Shown here: positions 10,780-23,719 of the stretch, piece by piece
How positions within the stretch are numbered: the stretch's first letter is position 1
How the letters are laid out: every line of letters starts with the position of its first letter
Assembly: GCF_006345805.1 (NCBI RefSeq)
Contig: NW_021831287.1
Span: 208,083 to 272,082 of the forward strand
Direction: 5' to 3'
From: Octopus sinensis
Lineage: Eukaryota
DNA length: 64,000 bases
Made by a program: the position numbers and the translations under genes
The notes under the pieces: model-generated
Told to the model about the DNA's origin: nothing
Database searches by the model: none
What the model saw: only the letters and a program-made list of their open reading frames with translations

Positions 10780-12280
10780 AATGGCGAGTTGCAATGTCAA
10801 CTTTGCTTATGCACAGTCAGGTGTGAGAAAAGCATTTTGTGAATTCTCACCGAGAATCGAAGAAGCACTCAAATTTATTAAGTTTTTACAAATTAATATA
10901 TTTTTTTAGAGAATAATTTCTATCACAGCCTTGTTTGGACGAGTTACCCAATGATGACTGGTCAATGCAAGTCACTAAAGCATTTATTCAATGCGATATA
11001 CCCTTGCATAAATTGACTATGCCTCCTCTAAAGAATTATTCAAGAATACTTCTTTGCCTCTTCCTTCCCCAATACAAAGCAAGAATGTGCGTTAAACAAT
11101 TGAAAACTGAATATATTGTATTATTTCAAGAAAGTTTAGGTTCATGAAAATATTAATTTTTTAGAAATCAACTTGTATTCGCCATAAGTGACGAGGTCAC
11201 TATTCGTAGTCAAAAATTTGTTGCAGTTTTAATGGGGATACTTAAAAATCCCGATAAAACTTATTTGATTTCTTTCGTAAAATTGATAAAACTTCTACCA
11301 AAGAAACAATTATTCAAATTGTTGACGATACGATTAAATGCGTTTTAATTGAAAGACAAAATTTCCTTCTCCTAATAACAGATTCCGCTAAATATGCTAG
11401 CAGGTTTTAATTTAACATATAATTATAGCTGGAAAAGTTCTTAAGCTTTTATATCCAAGGTTATTTCACGTAACTTGTGCTGCTCATCTGATGCATAATT
11501 GTTCAATGAAAATCAGGACTATTTATCCTGAAATTGATTCTCTTATTGCATCAATTCAAGCGGCAATAACAAAAAATAACAAGAGAAAACGACTATTTAA
11601 TGAAATTGGAATTCCCCCTCATGTAGTTTTAACTAGATGGGGTACTTGGCTAACTGCTGCATTTTATTATGCAAAAAATTTAATACATGTGATAAACATT
11701 TCAAAACAATTCCTGATGATGGAATCATTGTTCAGGCTGCAAAATAGCCTAAGAGATGAATCTCTAGTAAAAGCTTAAGTTCTATTGTTAGAAATTATTC
11801 GACAATTCCAGGTAAACTAGTTTAATAATAGCAGAATTATTGTGCAAATTTGAAAGTTCTCACCCTCAATAGAGTTAGCTTACAAGAGCTAAAGAATTTA
11901 AAATTTGACGACGAATCAGATATAATTGAAAAATATTTGAATGAACGATTACAAAAAAATGATTTATGTCAAATTATAAGAATGACAAATTCATCAATTT
12001 CTCCTGAAGAATATTGTATGCTTTTAAAGTGTCAGCCTTCATCCTCTTCCATAGAACGATGCTTCTCTCAAATTAAAAACTTTATGAGGGATAACAGAAA
12101 TTTTAATATTGAAAATATAGAGAATTATGTTATATGTTTGTATAATAAGATTCTTAAGTTAAAATTTGTTAGGTTAAAATTTTTGTTTTATAGGTTAAAA
12201 TTTGGTTATTTTTAGGTTAAAAAGTTAAAATTTTTAGGTTAAAAAAATCGAAGTTTTTAGGTTAAAAAAAAATTGCCCTA
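10780..12280 (+). mobile_element. hAT-like element, CGGBP1-like transposase with tiny introns, decayed
   Basis: DIPLHKL, SDEVT, LLITDSAKY, HVTCAAHLMHN, LTRWGTWL and SSSIERCFS. Subterminal TTAGGTTAAAA repeats and terminus TTGCCCTA. Confidence 0.8.
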
Positions 12281-12305
12281 TTTATAATCAACAAAGATAG
12301 TTTTA

Positions 12306-13898
12306 TGTCACGAGCCTAGGTCGTTACCGAGCCTAGGTCGTTACACTTATGGACTTAGAAAAAATTCAAAAAAATAAAAAAAAATTTGAATCAATTTCAA
12401 AATCGACTTTGTCAAAATAAATATTATAAAATGACAATACTTAAAAATGGATTGGATGCCAATTTTTCGATGATAGAATTTAAAAATAATGCCAACTAGA
12501 CCGTGCTTTAAAAAACGATTCCCGAACTAAAAATAAATTTTAATTATGAATTGCTATTTTTTTCAAATAAGAAAAATTTCAAAATGCTTTAAATTAGAAA
12601 AATACGCAGAAATGTATTTTTATTCGAAAATTTGTCTATTGAATGTTCGGTCATGAATGTTTCTCTGCTAATTAGGTTTTGAATTTTTTTATTAACAAAA
12701 CAATCAATTATGTTATTTAAATTTTTTTATTCTTTTCATGAATGTCTTCTTAGTAGTTCCATCATCCATTTGAACTCTGACCATATTATGCGGCAGGATT
12801 TCAGTTTTGTACAAACTTCTCCGTATGGACTTTCCAATTTTTTGAGTGCAGTGAAGGATTGGTACCATAATCCTTTTGAATCCTTATCTACAATTTAAAT
12901 AATTTGAGTTTACCTTATCTCCAATTTTAAATGAATATTTTGACCGATGAACACCCATTCTCCTGTTCATTTTTGGAAATATGGAGATGTCACATCGGTG
13001 GCGGAAAGTTGAAAGAAAATTCTATGTTTTTCGAATCTATTCTATATATTGCGAATTTTTAACTAACCATCTGAATTGTCACTCTTCATCTCAGTGTCTT
13101 TTCAGGAATAAGTTGTTCGATCCTCTAATCCCACGATATCTATGAAATGGGAATCCTCCTAAAAATGAATAATTTTAAGAAAACCAGTAGAAGAATGTTT
13201 ACTTAAATTATAAAAATAAACAGCTTCATCTATATACTTCGTCGTCCAACACTTATCTTCATCATTAGCCATCATTTAGATAGCGACCTTGTAACCGTTT
13301 GGTTAAAACGCTCGATGATCCCTTGACTTCTGGGATTTTTGGCCTACTGTGTATCTGTTGAATGTTGAAGATTCACACAAGGCAGCACATGTGGATTTTT
13401 GAATTCAGTTCCATTATCCGATTGCAAATATTGACACGGTCCAAAACGTAGAAAAATTTTTTTGAGATTTTCAGCAACGTCAATTCCGCTTTTTATGTTT
13501 TAGGTTTCGAGTGAATGCGAACTTCGAGTAGACGTCAAAACCGTTAAAAGCCATGCTATAGTTTCATTTGTTTGTTTAAATCTTTAATTATATAATACAA
13601 AAAATTGATACCTCTTCAGATCAATAAGTCCATCTGGAATTTTTCATTGGGACGATTGGCAATCACATGATTTTCTTCATCCCCTACTTTCAAGGGAGTT
13701 GAAAATTGCAAATTTCACAATCGGCAACAATTTTTCGGATTATTTGGTCGTTTTAACAGTGAAATATTTTCATGGCACATGTTCTCAAGAGTGTTATTTC
13801 CACAATGCGAAACGAGATGAATTTGGCTAGCCACCAATTTCATAGAAAAATAAGCGAAATGTCACGACCTAGGCTCGGTAACGACCTAGGCTCTGACA
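12306..13898 (-). mobile_element. Ginger-type DNA transposon (Gypsy-like integrase, TGT...ACA TIRs)
   Basis: ~40-bp TIRs TGTCA(C)GAGCCTAGGTCGTTACCGAGCCTAGGTCGT. Integrase remnants CGNNTLENMC, LQSDNGTEFKN and PRSQGIIERFNQT. No TSD seen. Confidence 0.8.
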
Positions 13899-14237
13899 AG
13901 TTATGTACACAATAATAGCAAATTTTTATACGATTTTTGGGACAACCTCTATTTTTAGAACAGCCACTTGATGTTCCAAACGGAGATTCGACTCTAAATG
14001 GGATAACAAAGAAAATTCTTTTTTTAATATTTAATGTCACAGTCCAGACATGAGCCACGCCGGACATGAGTCACTTTTCAAAAATTTATAAAAATAAATA
14101 AATAATTATTAAATAGATATACCTTACTCCAACTATACCATATTAGTGTTTTTTATGTCTTTTTTGGATTAAAGTTCATATTATTTACCCCCAAATAACA
14201 AACATAACGCATTTTTGACCCGACATAACGTTTTATC

Positions 14238-14935
14238 GGTACTGTTGCATTTCATCCTGCACGAAAATAGCCTCTAAATGAATTAATGCAAATTTTTATG
14301 AATACTAGATCGAAAATTTAAAAAATTGAACTATGCCGAATTTGTAAATTTTATTCTAATTTTTTTGAAAAAAATTTGAATTTTTTACCGGCTTGTGGAG
14401 ATGAATGATACAGTTGTCATGCGAAAATTTGCAAAACTGAAGGACTAAGAACTTCCCCGTTCTGAAATGGAGTCAGTTGCTTTTCTTCAAGAGGTTGGAA
14501 TCTTTCCCAAAGAAAACAAATGTCAAAAACAGAATTTATGACTCTTCTCCAACAGCAGGAAAAACAACATGGGTGTGCTATAAAATGGGTGTCGAACATA
14601 TATAGTTCTATTAGAAACAGTAAAGAGAACCTTACAGTTAATCACAAGTTGCCATAATTCGTTATAAATTGCAGGACGAAAATTTTGTAGATCGAGCACA
14701 GGTGCACATACACAGAATGTTGAGAGGTTCAGATAATAATTATATATGAAAAATAAGACTGTTGGGGTGCGCAAAATGACGCAAAAGAGACAAAGTGGGA
14801 CCCCGCGTCACTTCATGGGTGATATTTTGCAGGTATCAAACTCCTAATACATTTATAGAATTTTATGGAGAAGGCAAGGAGCCATTTAGAAACTCCTTCG
14901 ATGAGCTAATAGATGCCTCGTCAAATGTTTATCGA
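14238..14935 (+). mobile_element. Merlin (IS1595-like) DNA transposon, deleted copy
   Basis: Terminus GGTACTGTTGCATTTCATCCTGCACG. Motifs SVAFLQEVGIFPK, LTVNH, NFVD..TGAHTQNVER and RQSGTPRH. Homologous to 59150-60000. Confidence 0.75.
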
Positions 14936-14998
14936 TTAACTTGAATTTTTTTATTAGAAACAATTTTAAAATATTAAAAATTATTTTTTTTAATTTCC

Positions 14999-15330
14999 TT
15001 AGCCGACTAAAATTTCCCCCTCTTCATTTTCTAAATATAATGTGCCTCTGTCCTGTTTTATCACTCTGTATGCATATGTATCTATCTGGTCATACAGAGG
15101 ATATTTTCTTGTGTTTTCATTTATATCTTGATCCATCCGTAAAAGTGCGTAATCTCCAACTGATATTCCCTTTTCATCAAATCTCCATCTTCTCCTTTTT
15201 TTCATTTTTTCCCCGCACTTTCAAAATTGTTAAGTACGTCTTCTTGCATTTTATTTACTTTTTCGCTTTCTTGATACCCAAAATCTACTTCTTCGTATTC
15301 ATTTTCTCCTTATCGTAAAATAATTTCATA
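14999..15330 (-). mobile_element. Ginger-like integrase C-terminal fragment
   Basis: SVGDYALLRMDQDINENTRKYPL resembles the post-integrase region of Ginger/SCAND3-type integrases. Confidence 0.45.
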
Positions 15331-15339
15331 ATTACCAGT

Positions 15340-15700
15340 TCCTTGTCCCCAAGTTCCCGATGGAAGGGAGAGGAAGAGCCTTTAACCAGACACCGCTGCC
15401 TTCACAGCGATCTTCACGGAGGCAAGCGACACAGTGTTGATTGGAGACATGAAGGAGGCCTTCGAAAATTGCCTGACAAGAGATTTCGTCCCATTGACGC
15501 TGGACAGATTAAGAATTGGGCAGCTTCGAGGCAAACCGAGCCTCCACCGACCACAGGCGGCAGAGTAATTTTCAGACAATTTCCGTTCGGAGAGGTTTCT
15601 AAGAACGATGTCTGAGAGAGTACGAGAAGCATAGTGAGCGGATAGGAATGCAGGGAGGGCAAGATCGGAATAGGGATGCAGTCAAAGCCATCAGATGATC
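15340..15700 (-). mobile_element. CRE retrotransposon fragment
   Basis: QRQWDEISCQAIFEGLL..SGVWLKALPLPSIG, the typical CRE segment between RT and the zinc knuckle. Confidence 0.7.
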
Positions 15701-16463
15701 ACGAAGGTTTCTTTTTCCGTAAACTTTACGTATTTGAGATTTAAGAAGCATCTACAAGAGAAGCACCGTCCTTGCAAAAATTGGAAAAGTGGCAAGTTTT
15801 GAAGTCTTTTAACAGAAGCAAAATTTGTATCACATTTCATATATTCCCATAAACAGCTGTCGGAATGTTTTTATTTGAATATTGTAATATTTCTAAAATC
15901 CTATTCGTTTGAAGTTTTTGGACTATATTCACTAATTTTGCAAGGATCTGAATTGAAACGAATGCGTATTTTTTGATTTCAGCTTTTTTAAGGATTTCAA
16001 AAAATTAGAAAGAAAATTTTAAACATAGAAAGAATTTTTTATTGAAAAATTCTTTTTTTTATTTACAAGGACAGTTTTTGTTTGAAATTGTCTACTTGAG
16101 TTTAAAAGGACTTTTCTAAGTTTATTTGAGAATTTCGCAACAATTAATATTAGCCACAACCACAATAAATTATAATTTGAGAACATTCTTCCCCCTTCAA
16201 GAGTATATGACAGTTGTACAAGACAGAATGAGACGGAAAGAAAACCTGGTCAACCCCAGGAATGTCTCTAAAATTGAATTCCAGAAATCATCAAACGACT
16301 GTTTGCCAAGTTTCGATAAGATTCTGTTTAATGAGAACAGAAATAAATAACTTTTCCAAATGAATAACTAATTCTCTGATTTATTAGACGAATTCTTTTA
16401 TTTTTTAATTTTTGGTATTTTTTGAGAACCAGTGTTTCTTAATTAATTTATCTTAAATTAACT

Positions 16464-16825
16464 ATGGATGGTTTTGAAGTAATAAAGAACATAAGTCCTG
16501 ATAATGTTAGGTTTTATTCTAGAGTTTTGCAGGGACAACTTTACTGTGGTTGCTGCTGATACTAAAGTGGACGCCGAGTTCAGTTTATTAAATATGGCAA
16601 GTCCTCTTCTCACAATTACTACAGATAATCTGAAAATAATAAATCTGAGTAACTACTTGTTTTTAGCTGAAAATGGCCAGACTGAGGACGTCAGTTACTT
16701 TTGTGACCATATCTTAAAGAATATTTTTTAATGGACACTAATTCTTTTAATATTACTGTCCAGGGACTGAGATGAGTGTTTACTTTACAGTCAACTTTAT
16801 CAGAAGAAAGATTGCGGACACACTT
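16464..16825 (+). pseudogene. PSMB2: Proteasome beta-4 subunit (PSMB2-like) truncated pseudogene
   Basis: NFTVVAADT..LKIINLSNYLFLAENGQTEDVSYFCDHILKN..GTEMSVYFTVNFIRRKIAD aligns with the PSMB2 N-half. Tiny introns retained, premature stop, 3' half missing. Confidence 0.65.
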
Positions 16826-17039
16826 TTCGTATTTGCGTTTATAAAGTAAAAAAAGAATAATAAACACGTTTTTAGTAACAAAAATTTGTTCAGTCTTATA
16901 TAAGTTTAAATAAAAAATAGCACAAATTTTGACGTCTAGTTACCCTAATAATGATAAATTCAGAAATCAATGATGAAAAAATTATTGAAATTGTAGATTT
17001 GAAACAGTTTTATTTATGAGTCAAATATTACCAATAAAT

Positions 17040-18200
17040 TCTTCAATCCGCCATTTTCTCAAAATTTTTCGAATCGGACAAATTCTCGAATCTGCCAGAT
17101 TTTTGTTAGCGAATCCACCATATTTCTCAATTTTAAATAATTTTTTAAATTAATTTTACAGGTAAATAATTAATTTTTTAACACGTTTTCATTGTTTATT
17201 GCTGTTTTCATGAAACGTAACTGTACACGATTAAAAAATAAACAAAAAATTGTCATTTTCAAGTTCATTGAATCGAATATTGAATTACCTTCCATAAAAA
17301 TTTCTGAAATTTTTCTGAAATATATAATGTACTTATTTCTGTAGATCTATTGATGATCTGAGAGAGCAAATGTGTTGAATAACTTAAGATCTGAAATTTA
17401 TCGTAAAGAATATTTAAAGTTTAGTGAAATTAACAATAATACAAATTTTTGGATTAATTCAATGGATGCTAAAGTAGCCATTTTGATCGATGAAATTATT
17501 ACTGAGAATTAAACTTTAAAGATGCAATATTATATATATTGATTCGAAAAATTATATTGGTTCGAAAAATTATTATATGATTCGAAAAGTTATTATATTG
17601 GTTCGAAAAATTATTATATTGATCCGAAAACCCTATATTCAAACATTATGATGCATGGAACAAGATTGATTGTTTTTTAAAATTCAAATGCTTTACATAT
17701 GCAAACTGGATTCAAGACATTAAAGTATAAATTATGAAAACCCTGCTGTAATTGAAAAAGACTAATATATTCTAGAAAAATGAACATAAGTGATCCTTTA
17801 GAAGAAAGGCTTTATATTGAAATTGACTACAATGAAAATTAAGAATTTGATTTGAATGATTTTGAGACAATAGAACAAGAAATTGATGGTGAAAAACACC
17901 TTGTAGAAAGTCAGAAAGGAGTAGTTTTCACGTGGCTTTTTAAGCTTTAAATAAATCAAAAAATTCTATAATCAGTAAGAAATAAAAAAAAGTAAAAATT
18001 CTTCGATGTCGAAAATCCCGAATCCATTGAAAAGCTTGGATCATCAATGATCCGAACTCTAAAAAATCAAAAATTACTGATTTTTTTGTTATAAATAATT
18101 TTTTGCTTTACATTATCAATAGACGAATGAATCAATAAGTCTCTCGAATCCCCCAGATTTTGCCGATCCCCGAAATTGGCAGATTTGAGAGAGCTTACTG
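17040..18200 (+). mobile_element. Highly decayed pogo/Tigger relic with ~22-bp tandem repeats
   Basis: Right end ...GAGAGCTTACTG|TA, subterminal CGAATC(T/C)GCCAGA motifs, HTH-like remnant, and TTCGAAAAATTATTATA repeats at 17540-17630. Confidence 0.5.
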
Positions 18201-18414
18201 TATTTTTAATTTATTGGTTATTATTGTGATTATATTCGTTGTTAGATCTAAACAAATGAAGGCCAAAATGTGCATTTAGTCACTTCAAACTATAATTTCG
18301 ACTTGTTCCGTAAATAGTTGATTCTTATCTCATCTGCCATGTCTGTAATTGATAAATGTCTTATTTTTTTCAAAAAAACTATTTAATAAACGAAAATAAT
18401 TAAAAGAAAATAGA

Positions 18415-18760
18415 CTAAAGTAGTTTAGGTCTAAAACTGTTACTGATCGAGAAGACGTTGCCCCTCAGGATCGCAATGGAAATTCTTTGAAACAACCATT
18501 GCTTCACCCGAGGCTCTCGTTGTCTTCTGGCAATCAGTTGTCCGATTTTTCCAACGAGATCCTGGGGTTTGTTGGTCATTGCTCCGGACGTTTCAAAGAA
18601 GATCGGATCAGTGGCTAACTTTAGAGAAGAATCGAGCGATTGAAGCATGCCAGATTTTATGGAGCAGTTTGATGTTCGCAGCAAATATAGAATTCTTGGA
18701 AACATAAGGTTTATTCTGAGCATGAAAAATCCAAAGTAAGTATCAAGCAGGATGAGTTTA
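18415..18760 (-). mobile_element. CRE retrotransposon 3' fragment
   Basis: FPRILYLLRT and FETSGAM..VGKIGQLIARRQREPRVKQWLFQRISIAILRGNVFSI. Confidence 0.8.
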
Positions 18761-19244
18761 TTTGTAAAATCAGTGACCCATTTGGATTTCTCATATAGCC
18801 TTCTTGAGTTGGCTTTGGCCATCTTCTTTTTTATATCTCGTAATGATTTTAACTTATGATATACAAAAAAATAAAGTCAGCAATTAATAGAAATATTATT
18901 TATTTAATAAAGAGTTTTTTAATTATTTTTTCAACAAATAACGAATAACTTTAATGGTTTTAGCGTGTTGTTCTTGTTGTCTTTGTATGTGGCTATCCTT
19001 TTTTTGTTGCTTTCGTATAAAATATATTTTGTAAATTTTTTTATTGATATTCCTTTGATCTTACAAGTTTTGTAATTTACTGATTTTGAATAGCGATGTG
19101 ATTTTTTAAATCCTGTTATTTTAAATTTATTAATCTTGTATAACTACAAAATTTGTATTTATCGTTTGGAAGTATTGTTTTTACACTTATTGTATTATTT
19201 TTATTCACATCGAAGCGATTTCTACATTTTTTCAATTTATATTA

Positions 19245-19620
19245 TGTCACGAGCTGGACGCGTTACCGAGCCGGACGCGTTACACTTGTGGACTTAGAAA
19301 AAAAAATTTTTTTAATTGTTTTAATTTATTGTAAAAAAGAAAACAAAGAGAAACGAGAGTTAACAAGAGGACTTCTGATTGAGAAACAGTAAACAGATAT
19401 TGGTGTACTTTGAAATCTTTAATTCTTCTGCTCTGCGAGAAGCAGGGCCAGCTGCGACAGCTGAAGGAGGAAGATTTTGTTCGGAAAAGTGTCTGAGCAA
19501 GTTGCATCCCATATCAGCGATTTTCTAAACTCGAATGGGAAGGTGGATAGAAAAAAATTGAACATAAAATTCAACTTTAATTTCTCAGGTGATTTTGTCA
19601 ATAAAAAATTAATAAATTGA
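19245..19620. mobile_element. Ginger-type terminus related to the 12306 family
   Basis: TGTCACGAGCTGGACGCGTTACCGAGCCGGACGCGTTACACTTGTGGACTTAGAAAAA has the same layout as the 12306 TIR. Confidence 0.65.
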
Positions 19621-19727
19621 CAAATACCGAAGACATAGCAAATCTTCTGGTCTTTTCCAACTTTTTCACAAAAATGCTACTTTCTTTGGACCTATACCAT
19701 CCTTGATAGCCATATATCAAGAATGGC

Positions 19728-20500
19728 TCAATACATGTAGAATACACAAAAAGGAAAGTTCGAGTCTTTAATTATGTCTTCGAGTCTAGAGTTCATCTGT
19801 GGTCCTAAATTTACTGATTTATTTCTTAACCAGGCATTGTGTTCCTGTTTTGTCCTGTTACACAGATACTTGTTGATCGCATTGTAGTATGAAGGACTAA
19901 TTTCCTCTATCGGATATAAATAAGTATATCTATCATATATTATATTTCGTTCGAACCAGTCTTTGAAGTGTTCGATTTCATTCCCGATCGGTTTTCCTCG
20001 GTACCGGACAATTGATCTATCAAAACAATTGAGGGCAGCGTCTCCTTTATTAATTTCGTCTTTCTCGTCAATTGTATGTGTTTGCCGGTAAAGACGAGTC
20101 ATGTCATCTTGATAAGAACTATCCTTCGGATTAAAGACTACAGTCATGTCGCTGTAGTCTGCTTCTTCAAACAAATATTGGACAGCATTTCCATATTGTT
20201 TAGACAATATAGAAGTAGCCCTGCCAATAATGTAGTTGTCCTTTCCCTTGGCAATTTCTTTTCAAAATTTCTCTTTTCTCTTGATCACTCAAGTTGGCAT
20301 GAAGAACTTTTTTTGAAGAGCTTGTTTAGCGCGTTGATCGCTTTGATCTGCTCAATGGATTTTTCTTCTATTTGTATTTCGTTTTTATCTTTATTTCTCT
20401 CATTTTATCGTCAGATGAAAATAAAAATCTTATGTATCGTATTTACCTCTTTAAACAAATACCGAATTGAATTGTTTATTTTCTATGTAACAAACTCGTC
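19728..20500 (-). pseudogene. Unknown disrupted coding segment fused to a LINE fragment
   Basis: 159-aa ORF plus frameshifted upstream extension. Internal repeat NSIRYLFKEV / NAVQYLFEEA. Runs into the LINE motif EPFLIYGYQGWY. Confidence 0.35.
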
Positions 20501-20519
20501 ACTAGATTAAAAGGGGGAG

Positions 20520-21300
20520 AGAAGAGCCAAACGAAACCAAGGAGACGGAAGAACCAAGTTTGTCTGCTGATTGGGGTCAACTCTAATGGGACACCAGATG
20601 TCCCTTCTATAAAAATAACGACCCCTGCACCACTATTTATTTAAGTGATGCAACAGTTTTTCAATGGATCGTACCGATCCCTCCAGCTCTGGGGTTAGTT
20701 TGGATTTTAAGTTAAGCCATGTGCCAGTTTAATGGCATAATCTCCGCGTTTTCTCCAAACTTCGCAGCTTCCGAACCATCCTTGAGATCCATAGATCAGG
20801 AAGGGTTCTATACACGCAGAGTATACGTATAAACGTTTCCGGTTTCAGCTGGAATCGCATCAGAGCTTTCAACATTTGGGTAGCCTTGTTCTTTATCTTC
20901 CTTATATACATCTTGAATGAACCAGTTGCATCCACAACTATCCGAGGTATTTAAGATCATCAACAAATACCGAACGAACGAACAGATTTTATTAACTTAG
21001 CAACCAAAGAGAAGAGTTATATGAAAAGGTTTTATTAAAATCGAGACACCGAAAGCCTCCTCCTTGCTTTCCTTTTCACTTCTCATGCCCTTTGCAATGA
21101 GCAGAGGACTTGCCGAATGTTTTGAGTTTGTTCGTCTAGCTCTCTGGGGCGATCCTGATCAAGCCGTAGCTTATATGCCAGTTTAATCGCAAAGCGCCTT
21201 GTTTTCTCCAGTTTGGTGATTATGCGATTTCTCTCGTCTGTAGGGTACCAACCTTCATGTCCATAGATAAGGACTGGTTCTACTATGAAATGGAATATCA
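20520..21300 (-). mobile_element. Two tandem 3' fragments of a non-LTR (LINE) family
   Basis: DLKYLG..VDATGSFKMYI..KATQML and VEPVLIYGHEGWYP..KLEKTRRFAIKLA. Same family at ~19630-19730 and 46480-46830. Confidence 0.7.
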
Positions 21301-21319
21301 CCTAAACAGTTTGAAAATG

Positions 21320-22165
21320 TGACAATTTAACCTGTAGAAGAATGTTTGGTTAAATTGTAGAAATATACTGCCTCTTTAATATGCTTTGTCCAACATTTTT
21401 CTGAAGATTCCGACATCATTTTAGATAAGCTTCTCGTAATTGTTTGATTTAACCGTTCAACAATTTCCTGACTCCTGGGGTTATTTGGCCGGCTATGTAT
21501 TTGCTGAATTTGGAATTTTTGACAAATCTCCTGTATGTAAGAATTTTTAAACTCTGGTCCGTTTTCAAAAAATAAATCTTAAGTTGTTCCGCAACTTCTT
21601 TCCCACTCTATTCCGCAAATTCCTGGTGTAGGCATACTTAGAATAAACGTCGATAATTGTGAGTAACCATGAATATAACTCATTACTTTGTTTGAATCTG
21701 ATAAAAATAAATTTTAAAATTTTCTACCTCCTTAGATCTATCAAATCTATCTGATATCTTTCATTTGGAAGATTTGTAACAATATGATTTTGCTCATCGC
21801 CAACTTTTAATGGTGTGGAAAAACGGCACACTTCACAATCTGACACTACTTTCCGAATAATTTCCCTTTTTATTCCGAAGTAACTGCGCATGCAATGGTA
21901 TTCCAAGCTATTGTGTCCACAATGGATCTGCTTCGCGACCAAATCCATCTCTTGAGTGTTGTCTGTGGAAATAACCAGCTTATGATCTCCACACGGTTGT
22001 CTCAGTAAAGTCGTCCATTAATAAGAATAAATTTTTCCGCCTTCTTTCTCAACCGGTAAATACGATGTCTAGATTTATGAGAACAGGTTTCAGAATCCAA
22101 AATTCGACACAAAATGTCGTATTCTTCGGAATTTTTGATGAATGAACGAGACATTAACAAGATAA
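21320..22165 (-). mobile_element. Ginger integrase fragment
   Basis: IHCGHNSLE..CEVC zinc finger, PNERYQIDLIDLRR, ENGPEFKN and SQEIVERLNQT. Confidence 0.8.
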
Positions 22166-22242
22166 ATATTAACTGCCAAATTTATTCTCTGAAGCAGTTG
22201 TTGATGAAATCCACCTTTTTATTGATTGATTGAATCTTAATG

Positions 22243-23056
22243 TCAAATTACCTTGTATCTACCTTTCAACTTGACCTTGTATCCAAGGGGCACGAGGTCT
22301 ACCAAATATCTGTTTAGTGCCGAACTCGAGGCACGTCGCATGCATTTTAGAATTTTTAAATTCTCTACCATTGTCGGTATGCAGAATTGTTGGTGGTTGA
22401 TATGAATAAAAAATTTTCCGAAACAATTCAGTAATCTCTTCTCCATTTTTTGTCTTTGCAATATCAACAATTCCAAATTTGGAGAATGAGTCAATGACCA
22501 CAAGAATCTATTCATTAATTTATTGATTCTTACCCAAGAATAACCATCATTTTTTGAAGAATACCGCCTAAGATCTATTAGATCCGCGATATATCTATCG
22601 CGCGGATTTTTAGCAATGATTGGAGTGACTGTAGGTTTAGTAGCCATTGTTTTTTTGAAAAACAATAGCTACACCGACGAATGATTGCAGAAATTTGGTC
22701 TCTAGTGCAATTGTAAAAAGTTCTTCTTAAAATACTGAATAGTCGGTTTCGTCCAAAATGATATTTGTTATGTTCAGCCTAAAAATAATGATGTAGACAC
22801 GTTTTTTTATTAAATTTATTTAATAAATAAAAATATTAATTATTTATAAAAATTATATAGATTTTTCATTTAATCTTCATAACTTTATGATTTGTATATT
22901 TTTCTGACATGTATTAAAAAAATTAACGCGTCAATTAAAAAAATATAAAAAAAAGATGTTTTTCTTTTTTGATAAATAGTCTATATTTTCAGTTTGGCTT
23001 GATTTGGTTAGAGTCGATCCACTCCTGTCGCCCAGGCTCACGTACCGACCGTGACA
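22243..23056 (-). mobile_element. Second Ginger element 5' part with terminus
   Basis: PRDRYIADLIDLRRY, VIDSFSKF, LHTDNGREFKN and PWIQGQVER. Terminus TGTCACGG at 23056; intron 22508-22533. Confidence 0.8.
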
Positions 23057-23719
23057 TATTATTTTATTTAACCCAGGAATCACCAACAGTCAATTAGAGT
23101 AATTAATTAGGTGATTTCAACAATCCTCAAGATCTTTCTCAGTGTTTCCCGATGTTGGATTCTGGACCCAACGCAAGTGCGGAACGGACGAAGAACAGTT
23201 CTCGTAACGAATTGAATCGGGGTAATGTTCTTCTGATTGCTAATTGACATATAATGGTTTTTTGACAGTTGGTCCTGTTTAATGGTCAAGAAGCCCTTTT
23301 CATCTTTCTTGATTAGGAGGTCAAGCGGACTTGGAAAAATATTGTTCAAATTGGAAATTTGCATTATGCTATTTTGTATTACACGTACAAGAAAATAGAT
23401 TTCACTTTTTGTTTTTATTTTCTTTCACAAAATTTATCAACGATTTGTATTTTGTGATATATGTGTGGCCAGGTCGCCATGGGCAGGAACTTTAAAAATT
23501 AATTAATTGACATTTATTGTCATTTTTTGGACGAGACTTCAACACCGACATTTATGAGTGAATCGGACGAAATTGTAACTATTTCTTGTCAAAAAATAAA
23601 ATAATCAATTTTTTCAAATCAAGGATTATTTTTAATTTCAAAGGAAGGCCGCATATTCGTTATTCTTATTTATTTTTTTTAAAAGAAGGAATCAAGAAAA
23701 TGAGAAGTTAACTAAATTA

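Noticed and set aside
14238-14935. piggyBac element
   Set aside because: No TTAA ends; TVNH and GAHTQNVE motifs indicate Merlin/IS1595.
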